Source of the DNA: Marsupella aquatica | Taxonomy: Eukaryota; Plantae; Marchantiophyta | Direction: 5' to 3' | NCBI GenBank assembly: GCA_973895155.1 | Contig: OZ316898.1 | Location: 20,285,292 to 20,349,291 of the forward strand | DNA length: 64,000 nucleotides | Part shown: positions 38,088 to 49,906 of the stretch, one piece after another | How the letters are laid out: every line of letters starts with the position of its first letter | Position numbering within the stretch: position 1 is the first letter of the stretch | Notes under the pieces: model-generated | What the model saw: only the letters and a program-made list of their open reading frames with translations | Database searches by the model: none | What the model was told of the DNA's origin: nothing | Made by a program: the position numbers and the translations under genes

Positions 38088-40679
38088 ATGGGGAATGGCG
38101 CAGTGAAAGCGTTGCCACCGACAGGTGTGGTGACAATTGTGCTTGCTGGTGGGCGGGTTGAGCAATTCAAGAAGCCCGTCGTAGCTGGCGACATCATGCT
38201 TCGTCATCCGCGTCACCATGTGGTAAGACCGGACTTCTTCCGTTCCTCGCCAATGGTAGTGCTGAGGCCTGAGGAGGTACTCATGCCGGGTCACAAGTTC
38301 CTCCTGGTACCGTTCCACACTGTCTACAAAAGGCTGAGCAGAAAGGTAGAGGTCCTGCATCGGCCTTCGACTTCATCTTCAGCTCGACCCCCTTCAGCAG
38401 CATCAGCAGCTGGTGGTGCTTACCCGAGATCAGCGTCTGATCAGCCAGGAGCCAACAGGGGTCACAGCCGCTCCCGTCCCGTCTCTGTTGGCACACAACC
38501 TTCTGTTAAAATTGGGAAGAGAGATTCGGCTGGACTAGTAACTGCCAGAAGATCACCTGCCGGCCGCAGTCCTCTAGTCTTGAGAAAGATCTCTGAACCC
38601 ACAGCCAGTGCACATGACCGAAAAATTCTTCGGCACAGACAGATGTCAAGGAATTCCAGGAAAAGACGGTCGGGGGATAATGGTGATTATACAAGGATGA
38701 GAGTGTTGCTGCACTCGCGGGTGAGGAGAAACAGCACCCGCGAGTCGGCAGCAGAAGTCACGGACTATAAATCGATGGAGTCATCGAATTTGACGAAGCT
38801 TCAATCGTTCATGACGGCAGACTTTGCAAAACCTAACTCGATCGCGTTGCTAACTACGACGAAACAGGCATCGTCGTCGGACCTGGCAGTTCCGGACTAC
38901 GAATCGTTCCAGAGATCACTGAAGGCTTCTCGGGAATTACGGTTTGGGCGGAGAATGTCAGCTGTCACGGAACATGGATCGTTCGAAACAATGGATTTTT
39001 CTGAATTGGAGAAGGCTTCAATTGCGCCATTGTTGCCAACAACAGCAACATTGGTCAGGAGACTTGCCCAATCATTCGAGGCAACGGCTTCGTACTCATC
39101 GGAGAAGAATTCTCGTGAGCAGATACTACCAAAGACAGTAACATCGATTGCGGAGCATGAGTCGGTCGAGGCTATGGACTCTTCCGAACCGAAGAAGAGT
39201 TCAAGTGAGCCACCATTGCGGATGATAAGACCTTCACGGGCTTCAGTCCTTGGTGTGAAAGAAAGGATAGATTCTCTAGCTCGTTCTCGAGGTGATGATT
39301 TGTGTCTGGATCACCTAACAAGGTTGAAGCAGGACCTTTCTAGGTTCAACAAGACTCTTAGACCCCTGAGCTCATCAATGGAGGGAGAATTAAACCCACA
39401 GAAGACTACAATCAAGATGGCAAGAACAAGCTCAGCATCGGTCAAGAAACTTGTTCAATCGTTCGAGAAAAATTCTCCTGCTCAGCTAATATTAATGCCA
39501 AAGACAGTAACATCCGTCGAGGAGCATGAGTCTATTAACTCTTCCGAACCCCGGGAGAAGAGTTCAATTAGTGAGCCACCGTTGCGGATGCCAGCTCCTC
39601 CACCTACAGATGGATCTCCTTCAGCCTTTGGTATGAAAGAAAGGATGGATTCTCAAGGTGGTGATTTTGGTCTGCATCACCAAACACGGAAGGAGGACCT
39701 AGAGTTAAGGTTCGACAAGCCTCCCAGACCTGCTTCCTCTACGGAAGGGGAATTGAAGGAACAGAAGCTTACAATAGAGATGGCAGCAGATTCCCAGCAG
39801 GCCATGACCCATGGTGCCACACAAGATGGCTCGAGACAACAAGTTTCGACAATAGGAGAGAAAACTGTTGTTAGCCGGGAGCAAGAACGGAGCTCAAGTG
39901 GGAGAAGCGAGCAGCCGAGCGAGCAGCGCGCGCCACGACAACAGCAGGAGATCATGGGAGATCAGGCTGGCGGTCTGAAGGGTCTTCAGCAAGTTCACAG
40001 AGGAGTTGGGAACAGTAAATCTGAGGTCAAGGTGTTAGACAGAGGACCAATGTTCAAATCTTCTCAAGTTGCATCGAAGCCCTTAATGACTGCAGTACCG
40101 GGGAAAATGTCGTCGGTGATTTTGTTCAAACCAAGGAAACCTCATCAGAGAAAATTGATTGAGCATCTCTCTTTGTCTTCTTCACGAATCCTCCAGTCTC
40201 CTCTACATGGTCGGGCTGCTCCAGGAGGTAGTACGGAGAGGCAGAGAAAAGCGAACCTCAAACTGATAGATCACCTTAAACTTGCGCCTTCACCGCCGCC
40301 ATCCTTCGTGCAGAAGCTGTATCAGCAATCCCCTCTACGTGCTCATAATACCAAGGTGAAGAAGTCGGCGCGGCGGCGATTTCAGTCACCAATGGTACAA
40401 AATGCCGGTGTTAGCGGAAGCGGAAGCGAGTTACCCAAAGGTCGAAAGGAGGACGTCGTGGCTTTGCAGCTGAACCAGGTTATCGACTTCCAATTGGGCG
40501 CTTCGGTACTTCGCCCGAACGGTGTGGACGGCATCGGCGTGACACCGATCGAGGAGAAATTTTTGAAACTGCCTCCAGTAGGTCTCTTCAGAAACCGAAG
40601 GTTGAGAACTACAAGGAGAGTTCACACAACGGCCAACTGGAGACCAAAGCTGTCGCCACTAGTAGAGTTTTCACCATAG
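38088..40679 (+). CDS. PADRE (DUF4228) domain protein with very long disordered, internally repeated linker (863 aa, single exon)
   Basis: Starts MGN. N-terminal IVLAGGRVEQFKKPVVAGDIMLRHPRHHV...LRPEEVLMPGHKFLLVP is the DUF4228 core. Ends WRPKLSPLVE, the family's WRPxLxxIxE tail. The 2.6 kb ORF is uninterrupted. Confidence 0.88.
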   Translation: MGNGAVKALPPTGVVTIVLAGGRVEQFKKPVVAGDIMLRHPRHHVVRPDFFRSSPMVVLRPEEVLMPGHKFLLVPFHTVYKRLSRKVEVLHRPSTSSSARPPSAASAAGGAYPRSASDQPGANRGHSRSRPVSVGTQPSVKIGKRDSAGLVTARRSPAGRSPLVLRKISEPTASAHDRKILRHRQMSRNSRKRRSGDNGDYTRMRVLLHSRVRRNSTRESAAEVTDYKSMESSNLTKLQSFMTADFAKPNSIALLTTTKQASSSDLAVPDYESFQRSLKASRELRFGRRMSAVTEHGSFETMDFSELEKASIAPLLPTTATLVRRLAQSFEATASYSSEKNSREQILPKTVTSIAEHESVEAMDSSEPKKSSSEPPLRMIRPSRASVLGVKERIDSLARSRGDDLCLDHLTRLKQDLSRFNKTLRPLSSSMEGELNPQKTTIKMARTSSASVKKLVQSFEKNSPAQLILMPKTVTSVEEHESINSSEPREKSSISEPPLRMPAPPPTDGSPSAFGMKERMDSQGGDFGLHHQTRKEDLELRFDKPPRPASSTEGELKEQKLTIEMAADSQQAMTHGATQDGSRQQVSTIGEKTVVSREQERSSSGRSEQPSEQRAPRQQQEIMGDQAGGLKGLQQVHRGVGNSKSEVKVLDRGPMFKSSQVASKPLMTAVPGKMSSVILFKPRKPHQRKLIEHLSLSSSRILQSPLHGRAAPGGSTERQRKANLKLIDHLKLAPSPPPSFVQKLYQQSPLRAHNTKVKKSARRRFQSPMVQNAGVSGSGSELPKGRKEDVVALQLNQVIDFQLGASVLRPNGVDGIGVTPIEEKFLKLPPVGLFRNRRLRTTRRVHTTANWRPKLSPLVEFSP

Positions 40680-42270
40680 TTCAGCATTACACAAAGTAGT
40701 TTTCCGATTTTTCTAGCAGGTATAAGGCGCTTTTGTCGGTACATTCGACTAGATAGTTTAGATTCCAGGCTTGATCTTTCGAGGTAAGAGTAAGAGCTTT
40801 TATTTCCCAATATGGAAGAGAAAAGTAAAGTCGCACCCCGTTGACAGCAATTTCAGGATTTTCGGGTGACAATGTTGTTAACTGTAGGAATGACCGCTAA
40901 ATTCCATGGGTGGAAAAGTCCACTCTGATATAAAACCAAAAGTGAGTTTAAGCTACTTACTGGGAAAGAAGTCTCAAGAGGTAGTTCAAACTGTTCCGTT
41001 CAGTATCGATCATTGGCAAATCATGACGGAGCGGTGTCAGTGGTAGACCTAGTTGATAGTGCTTAAGCACCGCGAAGTAGAGCACAAAACCAGCCAACTA
41101 TTCTTCAAATGCAGATCCAAATCCCCCACAATCCGTCCGGTTCAGCTAGTGGTCTTCTTAATTATCAGGTAGAAATTGCCACAGATTTTTGTGCTAAGGC
41201 TTAGGCCTACCTATCAAACAACTGTTAACGAATTAGACAACTCCGTTCACTTGAGACAAGAGGTCAATTCGAGCCCTAGTCGAGATTAACGAGCTAACTT
41301 CTCCATCTACCAGTGTCGTGGGCTTGCTGTCCACATTCTATGCATTGATGTGTGATCGACTTATGGCTCTTGGAACGTCGTGAACCTTTGTCCAATGGTC
41401 CATGGGTCTGAGTCCCGTTTATCGAATGTCCAGTCTTCCCAATTCATTCAATCTCTCATTCTCCAGCCCAGAAAGCAACCCAACTAAAACACTACGAGTG
41501 CCGGCAATTATGTCCAGTAGTACCATGAGTTAAACCTCAGAATCGTATTCCAACAGTGCTGGAGCTTTAGATTATTTAGCTGCACGCAAGTGTCTGATCC
41601 CTCAAGGAGGCCGATGTGATGGAAAAGAACACCTGGAGCTGCCGGCATTTGGAGTAAACTAAGGATCCATGTATTAAATTGAATTACAAGTTCTGGCGAC
41701 TGTACGTCGAGGGTCATGGCTTCAGGGAACAAAGTGCTATTCATAGCAACACGCATTGGACTGCCAGGAATGTTCCAGCCCTTTTCACTAATCATACTTC
41801 ATTCGATCCACCAGCAAGCCAAGTTCCAAGGGAAAAATCCAGTCACGCGCAATGTAGCTAAAGAGATCGACAGACGGATACAGCAAGTTCGTGCCGGCTG
41901 CTGGTACTGTACTTCTAGTGGGAGCAAATCTGTCAAAACGGTGACAGAAGCAAGAACCTTTATGTGACAATGAGAGTGCTATTACTCTTGTCCACACGAC
42001 AAAACATCATGATCGTACCAAGCATATACTAAGACGAGAGAGACAGCGCCTGCAAGCCTCAACTGTAATTTTGAGGCACAAAGTCGAGGAAGGAGAGTAC
42101 AGTCCGAACATGATTTTTAGCAACGCCCCAGAATTCACGTTCCCTGCCAAGCAAAATCATGGAATATTCATGTCGGAATCGAAGGGGCTGTTTGGGCTGT
42201 TGATGCCTCTGGTGACAATACCCTAGACAAAATGGATTTGTATTTAAATTCGATTTGTGGTGTGGGGACC

Positions 42271-42389
42271 TCTTGGCTTGTTTTTCTTGGGCCTTTCCCT
42301 TTTCTCCTTCCCTTCATTGGGTTGCTTTGAGCGATTGGGATCTTGTCTCCAGGCTCGGTGTTTTTGGCCCTTGGGCAGTGTAATATAAA
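42271..42389 (+). mobile_element. 5'-truncated non-LTR retroposon 3' fragment with 19-bp TSD
   Basis: GATTTGTGGTGTGGGGACC flanks both sides (42252-42270, 42390-42408). Ends GCAGTGTAATATAAA. Homologous pieces at 1-75 (+), ~4713-4865 (-) and ~8035-8130 (-). Confidence 0.85.
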
Positions 42390-44531
42390 GATTTGTGGTG
42401 TGGGGACCCGTTCCATTGGATTGGTGGTGTGGGGAAGGAATCATAAATCACACTTCCATTTGCAATAACTGATATTTGGTGCATTTACACTCTTTCTTAT
42501 CTATATACATATTTTTTTAGTTTATTTATTATTGCCATCTTGTTTCACTATGATGAGACAAACAATTCTAACATAAATATCTGGCCACGTTTCATTGTTG
42601 GATGGTGGTTCTGGTGAGCAAAGACGCAGCAAAGACGCAGCAAAGATGCAACTTGCAGGTATATGCACGCAAATGATCATCCAACAAAACTTGATATCTA
42701 GATAAATACATGATTCATCTCAAATGAGGTTATGTACAAGGAAACACACAGATTTTTATTGCACTCTAGGCCCATCTATATGTAGTTATCAAGTCCTTCC
42801 AAGCCCCTACTAGGTATTGGGATGCCACTCCTTGAAAGCTAAAACCTTGCTATAAAGTCTAAACCAGTCTAACTAAACTGTCCAGTCAAAATTGAAAATC
42901 AAAAGAAGAGTTCAATTGTGAGCCACTGTAGATTTCCACTTTTAATATTTTTTAAAGCATAAGTGAAGTCTGATTTTGCTCTTTTTCCCAGTAACATTTA
43001 CAAATGATGTATACAACATTTCATACAAAAAAATCAAGCTTACCACAGGGGGTTCAGGCATGTTACTCTTGCTCATTTTATATTCATTGGCATGAGTGAG
43101 AGCTGCATTCCTCAGGACCCTCAAATGCAAGTTGGCTCTAACACTTAGGGGAGCTTTACAAGAACTCGAGGACACCTGTTTCTTTTTTCCTATGTGTGAA
43201 ATGCAATCCTAGTCATTTACAGTGGGAACTGGCCACTCTTCACTTTACATGAACTTGGGAGTGCAATCAAGCAAAACCATTATAGATTGTAATCATTTGC
43301 ACTGGGCTCCTTGGAAGTCCCATTTTTTTCCCCATGTGCACAGCTTCTTTTTCTCAAAAGCTTAGACCTCCGTGGTCTCAAAGAATGGAGCAAGTCAGGG
43401 GCAGCTTCTATTCAGGGTACCCTATTTCTTATCTCCAGACCTAACACATGTATTTCTTATCTACAGACCTCCCGCTCATGCGTCCTTAACTTTAATGTAT
43501 GTACAGAAAGTTAAGTTTGCTTTGCTTTGGACAGAAAGGCACTTAAACTGCCCCCACCTTCTTGGAAAGGCTCTATCTTCAGATAATTATGTGGCTGACT
43601 AAAGAAGCATTTGGGTTAATCAAGATCTGCCACATCACCACTTCATATCTCATAATGGTGGTGAGTATACAATCTGAGACATACATTCGTCATCATTTTC
43701 TGGAATGTGCAAATGTAGTACTGTCAGAGTGTGTCAGAAATGATATCATGATGTTTCTAGTTTGTCCCATAACATTTCTGGTTTGTTATGTTGGTGGGGC
43801 ATACCCAAACATTTAACTGCACATCAAAACATGACATATACTATATACGGCACCCCTGCATACCGTGATAATCCTAGTTTTTTTCTTTCAATCAATGAAT
43901 GCAGCCACATTTTGATGTGTGATTACCAGCAGGGCAAACATTTCTGGTTTGTTATGTTGGTGGGACATACCCAAACCTTGGCCAATGGGCTTGTGGTGTG
44001 CCATTACACTTATACTGCCTCCTTGGATAGGCAGATACACATAAGGTTGACCTTTACGCACAATAATTGTCCATCTCAAGACCATTACCCCAGACATTAT
44101 TAGGGCCATCTTGTATGTGGTGGTCTCCAAAAAATCTGCCCTCAAGTGAACTAGGTTTTCACTGCAAGAGACTTTCTTGCCTCACCCTCTCTTCAACCAG
44201 TCCTCACGGTAGAACTTCAGGACTTTCAAGGGCAAGGGTCACAACATTGTGGCCCTTACCATCCCGACCTTTGATTGTTATATAAAACAAAGCAATATAA
44301 TCCGCGTGTATTGCCTTCATTGATTCTGTGCAAATTCTGCATCTCACTTTTTACATGTGTGAGCTGGTAAGAGCAGCTTTTCCGAGGCAGCTTTTTTGAG
44401 GACTTTCCTGCCTCGCCCGCCTCTTGAGCCAGTGCTCAGGTTCTGGAGAGAAGAGGTCACAGGAGGCGACTATGGAAACATTGTCATGGTGCTAGGAAGT
44501 GTTTTATAGAAACAGCTGTTTACTAACCTGT

Positions 44532-44883
44532 TCCCCAAACTATCCAATTTTACTAACGCACCCCCAAAATAAATTTAATTATCAACCCGCCCCCCATTTT
44601 GTATATGGGAACTAGTATTAACGCGTGACCGGGTTCTTGTTGCCATTGGCAACCCTTAACCCGCTGTGACCCCCTCGGTCCCCCATCCCCATTGCAGGGC
44701 ACAGTCGTAGGCTCTGCACCAGGGAAGGGGGGCTCGCGGCGGGTTAAGGCTAGCCAATGATGCCTGGCCACATGGGAAAGGGAACCTGTCTCAAGTTATT
44801 GCTAACCAATATACAAAATGGAGGGGAAAGCTCATAAATAATTTTGTTTGGAGGGTATGTTAATAGTATGGGTAGTTTGGGGA
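44532..44883. mobile_element. Fold-back MITE with ~85-bp imperfect TIRs (Mutator-like)
   Basis: CCCCAAACTATCCA...CCATTTTGTATAT versus ATATACAAAATGG...TGGGTAGTTTGGGG. Internal inverted pair TTAACCCGCTGTGACCCC / GGGGGCTCGCGGCGGGTTAA. Confidence 0.75.
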
Positions 44884-47103
44884 CATATGAGGTGTTGCTG
44901 GTAAGCGGAGTCGTTGGGAAGCAGCTCGACGTCATGGTGGTGATCAAAATCCTCTTGGAGCTCCCGGGAGAAGACGAGAACACCCCTCAGCAATGTGTGG
45001 AGTTTCTCGGTGGCGAGGTCGTCGATGCTGAACGGCTTCATGATGGAAGGAACCGACTGTTGCTTGGAAATTCATCGAAACTCTAGGCATCGGAAATACT
45101 CTCCGGATTTTGGATATTACTCACGTTCGTTCCCGCATGGGATACACGGCACGACTCTGACGATTCCGTGAAAGTCACTGGCCTGAATGTAGAGACGAAA
45201 TGCTCGTCAGAGAACCTTGAAAGAGTTGCACGAGCTGTGAAATGTGCAATTGCCCTCTCTGACAATGTTTAAGTACCCCAATTTTATCGTCCTTACCAGC
45301 TGTTCTTCACGTCAAATTGTTTACTGACCCTAAACCCTGTTCTTCACAAGGTAGGATCCGGAAACCACTTGACTTCTTTACGGAAGTGAAATTGGATTTG
45401 TGCCTATGCGTATATGTCTGCAAATTCGGTGTTTTTCACCACGTAAAGTGTACAAGCCAGCTAAGCTTCACTCTCGATATGAGATTGCCTCGTGCCTTTC
45501 AATAATTTCTGCAGCATCGGTGGGAGGAGCTGATATTTCTGTGGATGTCATTCCATTTTATTCGTTCTTTGTTGTCCCTCTATGAAAGTTATAAGGCAGT
45601 GACAAACTTTCATTGAGGGACTAAACAAAATTGGATATATGGGAAGATTGAAAGAGTTTTTCACCAGAATTAGCGGCTTCATTTTGTAACCTATCGATGG
45701 GACGAGAAAATGAAAAGCTGCTACCGGCGGACCCGTTTCAAGTGGTGAAGGAAAGGAGGGAAGTTTCCAGCTGTTACTATCATTCCAAGATCATTGGGAA
45801 GGAGTTGGTAAACTCAGCGTCCCCCACTTAAGAGACCAGTCAAACCATTATTCAAACAAGTGCAAATTTTTAGGACCCTCAAGGTGAACAGAATGCCAAG
45901 CTCACCCAATCATGAATGAATTGCTTGCATAATAAGTGAGGGAAATGCTATCATTAAATTTCAAATGTGAAATATGCTAGTATCTTGAGGCTACCACATC
46001 CATCACCGGCCCTGGTGGGATGTCAGTGACACCATAAACCCATCCTGACAAGGTTCTCTCATGGTCTTCGTTTACCAATATTCCTTCGAATAAGAACACA
46101 ATAGATGCCAGAACCCCAGGGAAGCTCACTTTCCCAGTGGCCGTGCTATCCCAATGTACAATCTCAACACTTCAATATAGCTTTCAGCAAACTCCTCAAA
46201 AGAATCGAAGTCCAGCCACGATGATTGATAGGACCAGCATAACCAATACCAAATCTTCAAACTGTGCAGGAAGAGGGTAACAGAGGTCTTCATAAGAGGG
46301 CATCACACGTCACCGTTAGTTGCAAAACAAGGGCCCTTTCACATGGGAACCCGAAGAGCAGCTCTCCGGTAATAAATTGAGGATGGAGTGTGTAGCCATC
46401 TCAGGTTTTGGGAGAGGTCTCTCCGCAAGCGATGTAACTGCATGAAATTGCTGTCAGAAATGGCTAACTGGCACGGTAAATGGGTCTGGTACAAGACTGA
46501 AGAATTCGTACAACTATCTCAGAAGGTGTCAAAATTTTAATGAAAAGATCATTTCATGAACGATCAGTGACACAGGTGAACTGCGATTCGTTTTGTTTGG
46601 ATTTATTTCTCCAAAGAACTGATTACGAAGTCCTATTGTATCTGATAAAGTACTTATGGACAGCATGACTGTGGAGCAAAGAAAGGTTTAGCATAAAACA
46701 TATTCTGGCTCCTAGCCATGATCAACATGCACTGAGAGACAACTAAAAAGGTGTTCAAGCAACTTTCCAGCTGGAAATCCGAAGATATCCAAGAGCCTCA
46801 GACTTGAAAACCAAAAACAAATATGGGAGGTACAATCTCATCTTTCACTAAACTAGTTCGTAGCACGACTGTGCTAATTACAACGGAACTCCCAAAGTTT
46901 CGGTAGCTACAGTGAAATAAATACAAAAACTGCAAGTTTTCTAGACTACGACAACCTGCAATAATAAATGGTGAACGGGTCTTCGTACCTATACAGTGGA
47001 TCTACTACATACAGTGCAGAAAATAGAAGGGTGATCAATTTTCTTGTACTTGACGTCCTTGACAACCGTGTCATTTCAGAACACTGGTCCTTGAAGAAAC
47101 TTA

Positions 47104-48933
47104 CTACTGTGCAGCTATCCGTTCCAGGCGTGTTAGAGTTTGACGAGCCTTCAGGTTACCATTGTCAAGTTTCAGGACTAGCTTTAGATCCGCAACTCCA
47201 AGCTTGTACTTTTCCATACTCTCATATAAATTTGATCGGAGCATAAGCAGGGCTACGTTAGTTGGCTGCAACCCAATTGCCTGGCCCACCAAAAACACAA
47301 GTTAAGCACAATCCAATATCCAAATCCAAAGCCACACTTAAGCACGAAACAATGCCAAACCAATCGAGCACCCCACCATTCCCGCCATTTCGCAAAGTCA
47401 TCAAACATCGCCATTATTTCAATGACCCATACAAACTCCAAATAAACAAGGATCGACATGATCGAACAAAATGGTGGAAGCCGAAGAGGGGCAAAATACC
47501 TGTGAGCAATCAGCGACGGCCTTCTTCATCTCTCCAATCTCTTTGAAGCACGAGATTCTGCAAGACAGAACCTCGGCCAAAAAAGATTTATCAGGTTTGC
47601 TTTTGAGCAACTCGATAGACCATGAGAGCCACTTAATGGCATCAGGAAACTGGCCATTCTTATAAAACTCAGACCCCTTTTCGCTGGCTGATCTAGCAGT
47701 AACACCGCTGGGTGGCGGAGGTAATCCTTCCAGCTCTGTCGTAGTTGGCTCATTGCCACCTGAGGATCCTCCCGAGCTTGCCCCACCAAAAACTCCCCAG
47801 CCATCATCTTGCACTGGCGCTGGTGGGGGAGTCGATTTGGAGAATAACGAGTCCATAGGGTCAACTGGCTTTCCTCCGATTGATGGGGACGCCTGCACAT
47901 TGAACACGTCAAATGGGTCGCCCACAGGGGTGGATTTGGGAGGAGGCGGTGCCCTCGTTGGTGGCACACCCTTAACTGGGCCGCCGAACGCGAAAGGATC
48001 CCCAGTACTTGCACCTATATTGCTAGACGAACCTGACAAACCAAAAGGATCGTGGGATGAACTTTTATTCATAGGAGTAGGGCCAACATTCGCAGAGGCA
48101 GCCCCATTGGGGAAGCTGAAAATGTCATCTTCGTAGGCCACACTGGACGACGCTGACACAGCTGGAAATGGATCTCTCTCTGCAGAAGTTGCAGTTTGTC
48201 GGCGAGCGACAGATTCCGGAGCAGGAGGTGTTCTCCCCATCTTGGTCATGGGAGTGTTTTGGACGGGTGGTGCCTCAGTCTTCGGCAGAGATGAATCTAA
48301 ATTACCCATAGAAAACGACGAAGGTTTAGGTACAGGTTTAGAATTCATCGGAGCATTAGACTTGTTAAGTGCTGTACTCAACAGATCCCCAAATACGTCG
48401 TCATTAGATTGACTCTGTGCTACGCCCGCAATGCCAGCCGCAGCCAATTTAGACCCGTCTGATCTAAGAGAGGAATTCATCGGAGTAGCATTCACAGCCC
48501 TCATCCCACCAATCCCACCACCTATTCCTGTCGTTCCTATGCCTGCTGCTACGGCTGGCTTGGCCCCTGCAAGACCTTGAGTCATTGGTTGATATCCTGC
48601 CCATCCTGTCTGAGTTGAAGTGGTGGAACTTCCCCAAGTTTGAGAAGACGATGACGAATACCCTGCTGGACCTCCTCCCTGGGGCTTTGACTGGCTACTT
48701 GACCATCCCGCGCCTGTTGCCCAACCTGTAGACGCAGACTGCGGGGCTGCTGCTGCGGATTTGGGGACTTGGGACTTAGTCCATGGAGATCCAAACCCTG
48801 TACCTGACGGCTTCTGATCTTTAAGAGGGGCATTAGAACCTTTACCGAGTCCGTTTCCGAGCCCAAAATCGAACTGGTAGTTGTTGAACGTTCCCGTTCC
48901 CGCCGTCTGATTCGCATTGTCCACCCTCCTCAT
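47104..48933 (-). CDS. TPR-domain protein with long G/S/P-rich N-terminus (536 aa). Exons 48933-47500, 47280-47104. Resembles Arabidopsis At3g16760 from memory
   Basis: C-terminal TPR triplet (KGSEFYKNGQFPDAIKWLSWS; RISCFKEIGEMKKAVADCSQ; RSNLYESMEKYKLGVADLK), preceded by TTTELEGLPPPP. One phase-0 GT-AG intron. Confidence 0.88.
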
Positions 48934-49466
48934 CCTGTTGCGTCTTCGCTTCCTCCCTCTCCTTCTGCGTCTCCTCTCCTCCTCCTCCTCTTCGTCTGCT
49001 ATACACCCTCCCTGTTCGGATCTACTATGAACAGATCACAATCGAATTTCCTCTGCACCTCTCTGTCTGAACCTCTCTTTCTCTCCCTCTCCCTCACAGG
49101 GGCAACTCCCCTAAGGTGTCAAGCCCTAACGAACTCCTCCAGAACAAAATGGCACACCGAAGAGGACAAGAGTCTAGAGACGAGCCGAGGGGAGGCGCGA
49201 CGGTTGAATGCGGACAGTCAAGTCAACCAAACCTCTGCATGTCACGACAGTCCTCACTCACTTGCTCATACCATCCACTACTCCCCTCCCTTCTCTCTCT
49301 CCCTCCTCTCTCCTCTACTCTGCTCTCAAAAACCAAATCGAAGGATCCACAAACTGCTCCTATAACTGCCTCGCTCACTGACCTCTACCGAAGTTGATGT
49401 TGGCTGTATCCAATCGAGAATTCGAGACAATGCCGACAAGCATCCCTCGCCACCGACGATCCGATC

Positions 49467-49468
49467 CG

Positions 49469-49508
<40 letters not shown>

Positions 49509-49521
49509 TGCCTGCCTGCCT
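49467..49521. repeat. (GCCT)n microsatellite upstream of the TPR gene; (GAGGA)n nearby at ~49711-49744
   Basis: Direct reading of the simple repeats. Confidence 0.9.
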
Positions 49522-49906
49522 CTCACCAAACCCAACCACTGAATGTCTCACCAAACCAACCAAATGGAATGATGTACACTCTGAGAACTGTACCTCTGCC
49601 CACTCTCCCGTCCGTTACTGGCCAAGACCACAACTCAGCACGATGCGTTTCGTGGTCAGCAGGCAACGAACTCTCTCTTCGAGAAGAACACTCTTTGAGA
49701 GGAGAAGAGCGAGAGGAGAGGAGAGGAGAGGAGAGGAGAGGAGATGGATGCAAATTCGAGAAATGGATCGACAAACGCACTCGAGAGCAAATCTTCCCAC
49801 CGAAATCCTCTCTCTCTCGCTCGCTCCTCGTTTGCCTTTCGTGCAGATGGTCCGGCCTAGAAAAGCGAGGAACGGGAAAGTCCAGGCCAGCGGAATCTTA
49901 CTGGCG

